In this document: piece after piece, positions 49,472 through 61,000 of the stretch
How the letters are laid out: every line of letters starts with the position of its first letter
How positions within the stretch are numbered: the stretch's first letter is position 1
Assembly (NCBI GenBank): GCA_009103225.1
Contig: RHPI01003156.1
Coordinates: 1,293,043 to 1,357,042 of the forward strand
Length of the DNA stretch: 64,000 bases
From: Chlorokybus atmophyticus
Taxonomy: Eukaryota > Plantae > Mesostigma and Chlorokybus algae
Reading direction: 5' to 3'
Notes under the pieces: model-generated
What the model saw: only the letters and a program-made list of their open reading frames with translations
Told to the model about the DNA's origin: nothing
Databases searched by the model: none
Position numbers and translations under genes: made by a program

Positions 49472-51483
49472 CAATAACAACAACAGGCTAAAAGACATAC
49501 TCGAGCGCGCGCAAACGGGCCAGAAGAATGCCGTGCTGGAACATGTGGCACACGCGGTGCAGCCCATACTTGAGAAGGGAATCATCGATCACTCGCTACT
49601 CCATCACGTCCTCATGGAATACCTCCCCGTGGCCACACAAGTGCGCAGATGTTGTGTATGCATCAACCGCGTTGTGTACTTACCCAACTATTTCTAATTA
49701 GTTTGCTGTCTGCTCTTCAGGGTAGTGTGGAGGACATAGTCAACGTGTTGGCGGGTCCTCTGCTCATGCGCATGGTGCACACGAAGGACGGGGCGAGGGT
49801 CGGCCTCGCTGTCATCAACTCCAGCACTGCGAAGCATCGCAAGAAGATTGTTAAGGGGATGAAGGGACTCGTGGCACGCATGTGCCGCGACGAACACGGC
49901 CACCTTATCGTGATGCGCCTGCTTGACGTGATGGATGACACCACGCTGCTGAACAAGGTGGGCTTGTTCCTGTTGGGAAGCTTGGTGTTTGACTAGCATA
50001 CATTAGCCATGTGCGTATGCATGCGCGCGCATGCGTGTGCGTGTGTAACACGTGTTTGTTGGTTCTGATATTGCAGCGTGTACGCATGTGTTGTGTGCAC
50101 GCACATAATGACGTGTGCACACAACACCCCCGCAGCCCCACATGCATTCACCCCTACACGCATGCACTCGTGCTTACACAACTTTCTCCTGCAGGTACTG
50201 GTGTCTGAGATCCTGAAAGAGCTGCGCGACATTGTGCACGACAAGCGCGCTCGTTTGGTTGTGCTGAGGCTGCTGGCTCCCGCGTGCACGCGCTACTTCT
50301 CGCCCAACATTCAGGAGTTGCTCCAGCGACAGGTCGCACCCATCGTCAACCCGAAAGTCAACAACGCTGCCGTAGCCGAAGGCGACAGCGATGACGATGA
50401 TGAACAACAACAACAAGAACAACACCAGAGTGTTAGCAAGAAAGACCCTGAAGTGAGAAGAGTTGAACTGTTGTCGGAGCTCGCGCAACCGCTCTCGGAC
50501 TTGTGCGCGGATCAAGCGGGTGATATGCTTCGGTCGCCCACGGCAGGAGATGTGTTGTATGAAGTCATGGCCGGGTCGGCGCGAGCAAGCACGGATGCCG
50601 TGACAGCAGTGCAGCAGGCTGTTGCCGACGCAGCTGCTGAAGAACCCGGTTAGTGCTTGGTGTGTGCACTGCATCATCCATGCACCCGTGCAGTCAGCGA
50701 GTATGTACACATGTTGCATACAACCAATGTGCACGCACGCTTTGTCTGTGCGTGCTTAGGCGCGTATGTGCACACCTGCATGTGTGTACGCATTGGCTAT
50801 GTACACACGCGTACGTGCCTTCATCATGTACACAGGTCGGCATGTACACGCACAAGCACGCGCATACACCCACATACACGTACGCACACATGAGTACAAG
50901 TATATACTCTCTTTCACTGGCGCTCACTTACTGCTTGTCTTGCGTGCATGGTACAGGTACCAGCGATGCAGCTGCTGCGGAGGAATGCGCGATGGAGCAC
51001 TTTTACGGCAGCCGTCTCCTTCGTCGCCTCGTGCTTGCGCCTCGTCCGGCCCACACCGACTGCGAGCCCTTTGCGGCCGTGCTGTGGCGGCGCGCTTTTC
51101 AAGGCCGATGCGAGCGGTGGGCCAAAGGCCACAGCGCCAAGGTCGTGGCCGCCGTGTACACATATCCACACGACGCACAAGTGACCAAAGCAGCGGAAGC
51201 CGAACTCAGGCCACTGTTCGAGTCGGGACAAGTTGATGAGTCTTTGTTCAAGAAAATCGTGCCGGCGGAGCAGCTTGAGAAGCATACCAAGTCACAGGCT
51301 GAGCAGGTCACCAAGCAGCCAAAATCAGCAGAGCAGTTGGCAGTGAATGATGCGGATGAAGCTGCATTGGATGTTGACTCCACCCCGTTGCGCACGCCAG
51401 CCAAGAGGCGTGTCAAAGCTGCCAGTGCGGTGCCCACGCCGGCCAGCACAAGGCCCAAGCGAGCGTGCACAGTCAAGAAGTAG
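47559..51483 (+). CDS. Pumilio-family nucleolar protein PUM3/Puf6/APUM24-like with CPL domain
   Basis: Basic N-terminus; LAVSHTASRVVQ|TCLKHG; LSKNVYAHFLVGKLLDYG; RMVHTKDGARV; HLIVMRLLDVMDDT; MEHFYGSRLLRRL; WAKGHSAKVV. Confidence 0.92.
49391..49467. repeat. (CA)n microsatellite in a PUM intron
   Basis: cacacaca... about 70 bp. Confidence 0.95.
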
Positions 51484-52556
51484 TGGCATTCGTGCCTGTG
51501 CAGTTGACCCTGCTGATGCTGCGTTGGTCTTGTGATGGGTAACGTGATGTTGCCAAGACCCAGTTAAATGAGAGGCGGTTGCCTGTTGCATCTGGCGTGA
51601 GCAGACGTGCCACGTGCACTGTCATATATGAACTGCTACTACTGCTATGCCAAAGCATGCAGCGTGGCTCTTCAGAGTACAAAGCACTGCGCACTGCCAC
51701 TGTGGTCAATGCTACATGCTGGGCAGTAGTCAGACCATGTCTGACAACCCGGTGGGGGTGTTAATTGGATTGAAGTGTTAGTCAGTGAGGGCTTTCAGTC
51801 CAAGACCTTTTTGTTGTATGGGAGGAGCCACCTTGTGAATCATTGTCGCTGTGCGATAGCATTGGCGGATAGTGAGTGCGTTTGCCACCCGATCACCACT
51901 TGAGGGCCGATATCCATAGCAATGAACGCGCACATAATGTGAGGCAACAACAAGGCTGCATTATGTGAGTGGACACATGAGTGCGAGCTTATGGTGGACG
52001 CGCTGCATCTGCTTGATCTGCTAGCATGCGCTATACTCCATGTAATTATGTACATACAATGCGCGTGGCATATGTAGGCCGCAGCAAAACACTTGTACAC
52101 ACAATCTATCATAGTATTTACACTTCCACAGGCGTGTCATACCATGATGGAGGTGCCATCAATTGTTGCGTCAAGTTGCTTGGAATGACAAGAGACATGC
52201 TGCCTGTGCCCTCAGCCTGACAGCGGTGCTGCGCCAATTAGCCCCTTTCCTTACTTACTACAGCCCCTGCCTCTGCCTGCTGCTTACATAATAGCTGGGA
52301 TTGTACTCTAGTGGTCTTGTCAACAGTCCCCTTTCACTTAGTGCCCCCCTTTGGTGAGTGTGAGCATTGCTGATACCATTGTTTTGGTATTGTATACTAC
52401 AATGGTACCTATTACTGCGGTATGACCACTCAGCACGACCGGTGCCATGCACAACAAAACTGTGTCTGGAGAACACCCCCATTAACACAGCAGGCTGGCA
52501 AACAAACAATAAGTGACAGAGTTAATAGCGGAGACAGGTTCATAAGTACATGATGA

Positions 52557-53756
52557 TCACCGTGGAGGACCACCCCTGCCCCTGCCCCTGCCTCCGTCAC
52601 CACGCCCTCCCGCACCCGGTGGCTGCGCAACAATGCAGTTCAATCAGCAGTAATCCGCATTGCATCAACAAAGTACGACACGGCATCCCCATTCATAACA
52701 ATCAACTAATCACACTAGCACCGGAGCCCATCCATAATTGAGCACGAGACAGCGCAAGATGCACGCGGCAGATTGGCAACGTATGCAGTGAGCATTTACC
52801 CGTGGACCTCCCCGGCCTCGACCAGAACCACTGCGTCCCTGTGTGTGTGTGCGTGCAATGTTAATCAGTGCATAACAGGTACCAACTTCTTGAAATCAGT
52901 GCATATGTTCAACGCTTTACGATGCACAGCTTGTACCGAGTGACAGCATCAAAGCAAGGACACCAAACTATACAGTACCTTTGCCTTGGCTTCAATGCGC
53001 TTGAACATGGGGGCGTTCTTGAGCATGTCCGGGATGATCAAAAACCTGCATGCGACAATGTCAAACAAATACGGATGCATACTCTGCATAAGTATAGCTA
53101 AATGTATCTCACACTGATCACCTCACAGCACAACCAAACAGGTTTGTAAGGTGCACTTGATGTGCCTGGTGAGCAAGCTATTGCCATAAACATACGTGCC
53201 ATGCGGATGGCTCAAGCCTTACGAACACAATGCAACTAGCGTTCCCTAAGTCCTTGAATCAAGCGCACGAGTGGCAGCAGTGTATTCTGGTTGGGAACGG
53301 CAAAGGGGCATGCTCGCTGGGAGTAATACCTGACTTGGCTGCCGCGGATGAATGCATGCTCCAAATGGGTGACCTTCCCATCCTGCCAGCAGCACGCAAT
53401 AGAACAACTATTCAAGTATGTGCAAGAGTTTGAACGACGATATACTAGACAATGGGCACCGCTTATACACCATACTGTAGCATGCACAGTAATGAGTGCA
53501 ATGCATGGCTTGCCTAGTGCGAACCAACTTGTTGGTGAGAGCTATCGCTGCATCATCAACAGGCATGCATGCATGCATACTGATCGCTTCACACCTTGCC
53601 AGTGGCTGTGATGCCTGTGAGCTGAGCGTTCCAGTTGTCTTCCGCCTCAACAAGCTGCCCGCGGTACGTCTCGCCGCTCTTCAGCTCCACGGTGACAACG
53701 TGCCCCTCCGCCTCGTGCAATAGCTTCACGGGTATCCCCAGCCCCTTGCCAGCCAT
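52557..53756 (-). CDS. SmD3: Small nuclear ribonucleoprotein Sm D3, 5 exons
   Basis: [43 protein letters not shown]...|[18 protein letters not shown]|[16 protein letters not shown], with an RG-rich tail ending [11 protein letters not shown]. Confidence 0.97.
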
Positions 53757-53827
53757 GCTGGCCGCCGACAAGCCTCCCCCCAAACTACCTCACCGCCGCC
53801 CACGCCTGCTCACCCACCCCAGCCAAC

Positions 53828-54049
53828 AAACCCTAACCCTAATCGGCCAACCGCCACTGGAGGCCACTCAAACGCCACTCAAAAACACATCAAAAACACA
53901 ACCACTCGCACAACCTGACCTTGATTTTGACACAGAACACTCACACCACCAACACCAACACCAACACCAACACCAACGCCAACGCCGACGCCAATGACAA
54001 CCGCGCCGCCGCCGCCGCCGCCGCCGCTCAGGCAGCAAGCAAACCCTAA
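53828..54049. promoter_or_regulatory. Telo-boxes in the SmD3/STI1 bidirectional promoter (AAACCCTAACCCTAA at 53828-53842; AAACCCTAA at 54041-54049)
   Basis: Exact interstitial telomere-like motifs between two divergent start codons. Confidence 0.6.
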
Positions 54050-54268
54050 TCACTTGTCCATGTTGGTTGACATGGGCCGTACTGTTATTGAGCATAGCAG
54101 CTGTATTCGATATCGACTGCGAGCGGATATCAGCGACGTCAGCACGTGATGTGAACTTAATTTTCCGCTATCCAATTGCGCAGGCAGGCAGTTAGGCGGC
54201 GGCGGGTGTCCGGCGGCTTGTCGTTGGTGGAGTCTTCTTCGTTGTTGCTGTCATAGCCATCACGCGAC

Positions 54269-55644
54269 ATGGTGGCTTTCAAAGAAGAAGATGAAGGTGA
54301 GTTGGTGTGGTATGTCTGTTGGCTGGTTACTGGCAACGTTGTCCACCTGCTAGGTGGTTGCTCTGTTTGTCTATCATTGGATCAATGCACTTGAGATGTT
54401 AGCTTGTCATCAATATGCAACACAAATATTTGAGTGTTGGTCTCATGTTGAACTACTACTTCAGATGACATGCCGCCGCCGCTTGAGGACATGTCAGAAC
54501 ACATGATAATTTCCGAGCGAAGTTGGGCGCAAACCCAAACGCAAGCCACCACAACAGCAGCAGGTAATCAGCCTACATGCCAACTTGCGTATATGTGTGC
54601 GTGCATGTTTTGGGTATGCGTTGCCATATGCGTGTGTGCATGCGTGCGTGCGCGTGGGTGAGTATAGGGTTGTGAAGAGGGCGCGTGTGTGTGCGTGTGT
54701 GTTGGTGTGTTGCCATCTGATGTGTTGCGTTTGCGAGCGTGTGCACGCGCACTTGCGTGTGCACGCATTAAGTGTGCATGTGCGCGCATGTATAAAGCGA
54801 TGTGAAGAAGGATCGTGTATGGTAGTATGTACGTGCATGCAAACTCGCAGTGAGGTATGACTATGACTCTTTGCGTGGCAGCTACGGGTATCAGTGGCGC
54901 GGATACATCATCAGAGAAGCCGGCACCATCAAGAAGCAATGGTTCTGCCATCAAGCGAGGGTTCTTTGATAATCCCAAACCAGCAAAGGCGAAGCTGAAA
55001 CCTCAGCTGAAGGAAGACAAGGGGAATGAAGTCCCTTTCATCAAGGCTATGAGGGGTGCAGGGACCAACTCTGCAAAACAAATCCCTGGTGAGTACTGGC
55101 AACACTGCGATGCATTGTACTTTTAATAAAGGTTACTTGCGCGTATGCCTGAAGTGTCCTGCTCATAAATGCAGACTTCATGAGGGTGGACCAGCAAGCG
55201 AACCCAGTGGAGAAGCTGAAGAAACAGATGATAGGTATAAGAGTTGGGTTCTTGCAATGACCTTCCTTCTTGACGCCAATGGTCCCAGAGCCAAACACAC
55301 ACATGTGCGCACACGCACATGATGTAAACGCGCACACATACACACATTCTCGCTCATGTGCACTGACACTGAGCCGAGTGCATTCTACTTTTCCCCCTCG
55401 CTTACTTCCCTTTCTATCAGATGCGTTGGCTCCTACCCCCGCCGTGATGTCCCGCGTGCTGTCCGACCCGGCCCTCCTCTCCGGTTTCGACGACCCCGAG
55501 GTGATGTCGGCCGTGGCGGAGATATCGCGCGACCCGACGGCCATGACCACGAAATACAGAAACAACACCAAAGTGGCCGCGTTCTACCGACAGGTGGCGG
55601 GGATGGTGGCGGGGAGACTGGAGGAGATGGGCGGGGGAGGGTAG
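54269..55644 (+). CDS. STI1/HOP-DP-like domain protein (putative co-chaperone), 5 exons
   Basis: MVAFKEEDE|DDMPPPLEDMSE; KRGFF; C-terminal VLSDPALLSGFDDPEVMSAVAEISRDPTAMTTKYRNNTKVAAFY. Confidence 0.75.
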
Positions 55645-58068
55645 GAGGGAGGTGGGGAATTGGGATAAAAGATTGGCTATTGGTCGTGCATGCGCAGTGT
55701 GTGATCTTGTGTGGATATGGTGTGCATTGCGCGCATCGGTGATACGCACAGTGTGTGCCAAGGCTGTGGAGGAGAGCTACTGTCACTTTCATTGGCATGA
55801 TACAGTTGGGACATACAGCATGCATGACATGTTGTGCCAGACACGCACAGTGCCAGAACATTATCCTCCGAAAACCATGCCAAACTAGTAAGGTGTATAC
55901 GCCAAGATTTTGCCGGCGAATGCTCCTTGGTTGTGTGCATGGTGCTCATGCGTATGCACAAACATTCATAAGGCGCAACATTAGCTGTTGCTGTTGTTGC
56001 TGCTGTTGTCATTGCGAACTCAGTGTACTCTGTGCAGGGAACCAGTGTGCACAGATAAGCTCGGAGCAGGTTGTGAACAGCAGTGGTCGCGCCGTGCACA
56101 CTGTGAAGATCAGGAGCATGCGGGTGGTGTGTATGCGAGTATGGCAGTGCACACAACAGCATGACATTGACCCTCCTGTCAGGCGGTATGAACCATGTGT
56201 AACACAAACATCTCTAATAAGTTCCACCACCACGCTGCGGACCACCAGCCTCCTGTACATGCTAGGCACTACTAGCATGCACTCCGTTTTTGCTCCCCAT
56301 AACTATCTAAGTACATCCAATTTACCAACGTGCTTGTTCTGTTACTCAATCAATCCCCAAATCCACCAGCGCATGTTGTCAGATTACCAGTGTCGATTGA
56401 TGTACGCTTGTGGCTGTGAGTTGCTTTCTCATTGCGGTCTTGCCATTGCATATGCATACTGCTGCCCTACTGAAACAAAAGACTTCTGCATGCGTACTTG
56501 TAGTCTACATATAGCAATGCATGGAAGAGCTTGCAGCGCCCGCGCAAACGGGGAGGGGGGGGTAGCCATCACAGGTACTGAACACTGAACAAAGGTCTGC
56601 AAGGCAAGGTGAAATGATAACTCTTGGGTAAAAGAGTGGTGGCGGGGCGTGTTGCTGGAAGACTTGAAGACATGATCTCGTGATATAGACCTTCTGCACG
56701 TGCAGTTTAGTGGGTGAGTAATATGTTCAACAAGCGTGCTGTATGAAGTATTGCACTTTATTGCTTACAACAGCAGCCCAGTGCCTGTTGTGAGCAACCG
56801 ATTGTTAGTCGTGCATGCACGGTGTGTGTTGATAAGACTGCATGGTGTGTGCAAACACCGTGGACAGGAGAACTATCATCCTTGTCACGTTCAACAGCAT
56901 GGTGCAGTTGGGGTGTAGATATAGAGAATGGCATGATACATGTTGCCAGGCATTAACAACTTGCACAGAAGCTAGCGTCTGCTGAGCAATCTATGTAGCC
57001 TATGCCCATCTTGAATGAAGAGGAATTGAATCACAGTGAGCAGCATGCTAGCATGCTACCATACTGGTTGTGCATGAGTGGCACAACTTATTAAATGAAT
57101 GCGAGGAGGGGGCCACCCTTACCGTGTCTGTGCAGATTGCACATTGTGCTTGTGTGTTGCCAGCAACACGTCCATGTGCCTCTGCATGCAATCTCTGCAT
57201 ACCATTCGCTATGCAAGTGACAAAGTTCTGATAACCACGTCCAAACACAGATTTGCATGTCAGCCGTTGATCAACAGGATACAACCGACACTACACAACA
57301 CTGTCCGCTGTCTATGACTCCAAGCACACACATGTGTTGAATTTTGGTTCTTGAACACAAGCGCGGTGAGGGCAGGTGAGTCTGCAAGCTTACACTGCTG
57401 CTGCGTCAGAAGGAGGAACTGTGGCCTTACTTTAACGGTTTTTCATACAAACTGAGTGTACGCAACTCACACTAAGACGAAGGCATGCATGGTCGAAGGC
57501 ATAGGGTATAGAGCAAAAAGGCACTCAGCACACAGCATGCATATTGCCAAGCGCGTGTACGATTGGCAGCAGGTAGCTCTTGAGGACACTGCTCGTGTTC
57601 AGCCTACTGTGTGATGTAGAGTGTCGTGGGGTTTTTGAATACCTAAACTCACAACAGCCAGTTGGCACCCGTGTGATTTATTCATTCATTTAGCCACCAA
57701 CAGCCTCATGTGCTGCAAGCTGCTGCTGGTCTCTCCCTGCTCTACACTGCTACTAGCAACTGGCTACCACATACACAAGTCTCTCAGCTATGGCATGTTG
57801 TTGATGCTAACAACGGTACTGCTCAAACCGCACACCAACGAAATACAAGCCTCAACGTGGCTTAGCTTGAAGAAAGGGAAAGGCGAGCCAGCAGCCATGC
57901 AGGATTGTTCGGGTCGCCTGGTGCCCGCATGGCTGGCAAGCTATACGCCATCGTCGTCGTCGTCGTTGTCGTCATCAGCGTGGTCGCTGGCAGCCACGCT
58001 GACAACAACAACAACCACGGCACCCCTCGTCCGCCACCGCCGCTTGTCAAGCTGTGTGGCGCAGCAAC

Positions 58069-61000
58069 ATGGAGGCGGAGGCGGCGGTCGAGGCGGCGGA
58101 GGGGAAAGATGTCAACCAGGAAGGGCAGGAGCATGAGGAGGAGATGGGGAAGGAGGTGGAGGTGGAGTTCAGGCGTGGAGGCTATGTCGGAGACGTTACT
58201 GCCTTGCGGCTGCTCAGCCTTCAAGGCCGTGCCTTTGCCGTCCTAGCTGGTAAGTGCTAGCTTATTTGCAGCAAACTGTTCAAGCTCCTCAAGCTTTGTC
58301 TGTGCACGAAGCTTAGCTCAACTTCAAATCATCATTGGTCTACTTGATGCTGTGAGTGACTGCAGCGAAGCATTGTGTGATGGTTGAATTGGTGTTGCTT
58401 GCTTCAGGCACTGGAGCCCAGCTGCGTTGCTACCACCTGCACACCGGCCAGCTGCTACTCTCCTTGTGCGTGTTTGACGGACTCCGCATCCACTGCATCG
58501 AGGCAAGCCAATGACGAATGAAGTGTCTTTTGCTTGTCATTTGTTTGTCATTGCATTTAAGTGAAGCTGTTATCTCCTTTCAGGTGGAGGCTGCTGCTGT
58601 TGCTAGCAGTGGTACATTTGAAGAAGGGTCAGGGTCATGCTTCAACGTAGCAGTGGCTGGTGAACAACGGGTTCGGTTATTTCGCCTTGTGATGAATGCT
58701 GTGAATGACAATGCTGGACAGAGCAGAGCTGAACTGGTCTGTCGGCTTCCTGCAATGGGGCACTGGGTGCTGGCAGTCAAGCTACTACTGGGACAGGTGA
58801 GAATGCCTGTGCGTGTGCCTGTGCGTGTGCTTGTGCGTGTGCAGGTGTTTCACACACACACACACACACACACACAAACAAGCGTGCGCGCGCGTGCTGG
58901 GTTGTGTGTGTGAAGCAGTGAGCAAGCCTGGAACAAACGTTTCTTTCAGTGCGTTTCGCTGACTCATCACTCTATCATCACTTCATCATCTTGGTGTTGG
59001 AAAACAATGCTGGATCAAGGCCTTTGTATGACAGCGTTTGACAAGGTTGATGTGTGTGCGCGACGCAGTTGCTGGCGGCGGGTCTTGCGAATAACTCGGT
59101 CGAGTTGTGGGACTGGAAAGCGGGTCGGCTGATCCGTAGGGTACTGTGCAGCGGTGAGTATCATCACATTTCATCGACAATGGATTCATATCAAGTTGTT
59201 GTTCAATAACACCGTTTTTCGTATTCAAGCAGAGCGGTGCATGTTGTACTCGCTCGCCTTTCGCCATGACGACAGCGGTAAGCTGTTGGTCGCTGCTGGT
59301 ACAATCTTTAATGAGGTCAGTGCCTGACTGATATAGATGCATATATCCACATTCAAGCGGATTCATCGTGATTACAGCTGTATTAATGCACGCTTAACAG
59401 GTGCTGGTGTGGCCAGCGGCAACCTCAACATCACCATGGCAAGAAGAGTTCACGCCACGACATAGGTTGCAAGGCCACGACGGCTCGATACACAACCTAT
59501 GTTGGTCGCACGACGGGCAGTGCATTGTGTCTGTTTCTGATGACAGGACGTAAGTGTGATGCCAAGTGACAGGTGCTTTGCTGCTTTTGTAATGTTGCTC
59601 ATGCAGTTGGTATGGCATGCAGTGCACGGTTCTGGCACATTCCCAAGGAAGAGTACGAACATGCAATGCCTGGACCTGTTCTCTACGGTCACACAGCACG
59701 GATATGGGACTGCTACTTGGGTAGACAGGTCCTCAACAGGCATACTCACATGCATGCATATGCTCGCACGCACGCATGCACGTGCACCCGCGCACACACT
59801 CATGCACGCTTGTATGCACGCACACACGCACGTGCAAGCACATGCGCAGGCAAGTGCGCACAAACACAATTACACGTCTTACGTACAGACACACGTGCAC
59901 ACCTTCATACATACTCACAAGTTCTGTGTGATTCAGGTGCTTGTCACAGCTGGCGAGGACTGCACCTGCCGAGTATGGGACCATCAAGGCCGGTTGTTAA
60001 CGGTGCTGCAAGGCCATCGGTGAGTGAAACCCAGGTACGCTTCCCCAAACTATGTACAACCATCCAACATGTGCCATCGAGCAAAGCCCAAAGCCCATCA
60101 AGTCCTGTACTGACTACAGTGATTATGACAGGGGTCGCGGGATCTGGCGTGTTGCCTTTGATGAAGCAACAGCTTCCCTCGTCACAGCAGGCGCAGATGC
60201 ATCCATTAAAACTTGGTCGCTTGCACAATGGCAGCAGATAGCCTCTATTGAAGAAAATTCTGGTGTTTGTAAGTCATCATCAGCTCCTGAGGTCTTTACA
60301 CTGATCAATATGCCGGGTGTCAATGGAACAAACGAGAGTAACAGTGGCAATCTCCATGACAGGTACTATTACTTTGCCGTTGTGCAATGGTGCTATTGGT
60401 TGTGCTTATGTTGTATCCTTTGCAGCACATCCGAGTATGTGCGAGCAGTGGTATTGCGCGACCATACAGCACTCTACGTGGCAACCAATCAGGGTTTGTT
60501 GCATCGCGTCCTTCTACCAACATCAACATCACCCTCCAGCAATGAATACTGGATTACGCTATTTGACTTTAGCTCCTTTGATGCACCTGACCAATCTACT
60601 TTTCGAGGCGCTCCCATCACCTGTCTGCAAGTGCTAGCTGGCGTTGACGATGATGATGGGGATTATGTTTTAGTTGGCGAGCACTCCGGTTGGGTAGCAG
60701 CATTGTATGTCACCCGTGCGAGTGATGCACACTGCACCGTTGAACGTGTCAATATCTGGCCTGCACACGACACGCGCCAGCTTGTTGGTGCATTCTGGTG
60801 CACGGAGCTTGGACCGAGGTAAATGCAATGTCAGTGGCTGTTGTGTATCCAGAATAGTAACTTGTGTGTGCACAAACAGTTTCTCACTGTCTTGTTGTGT
60901 GTGTACAGGCATGCGTTCACTGCAGACCCCAAAGGCAGGTTGAAGTGGTGGCTTCTGCCTGATAGATTGAAGGACAATGCATCAGACGCGAAGCATGACA

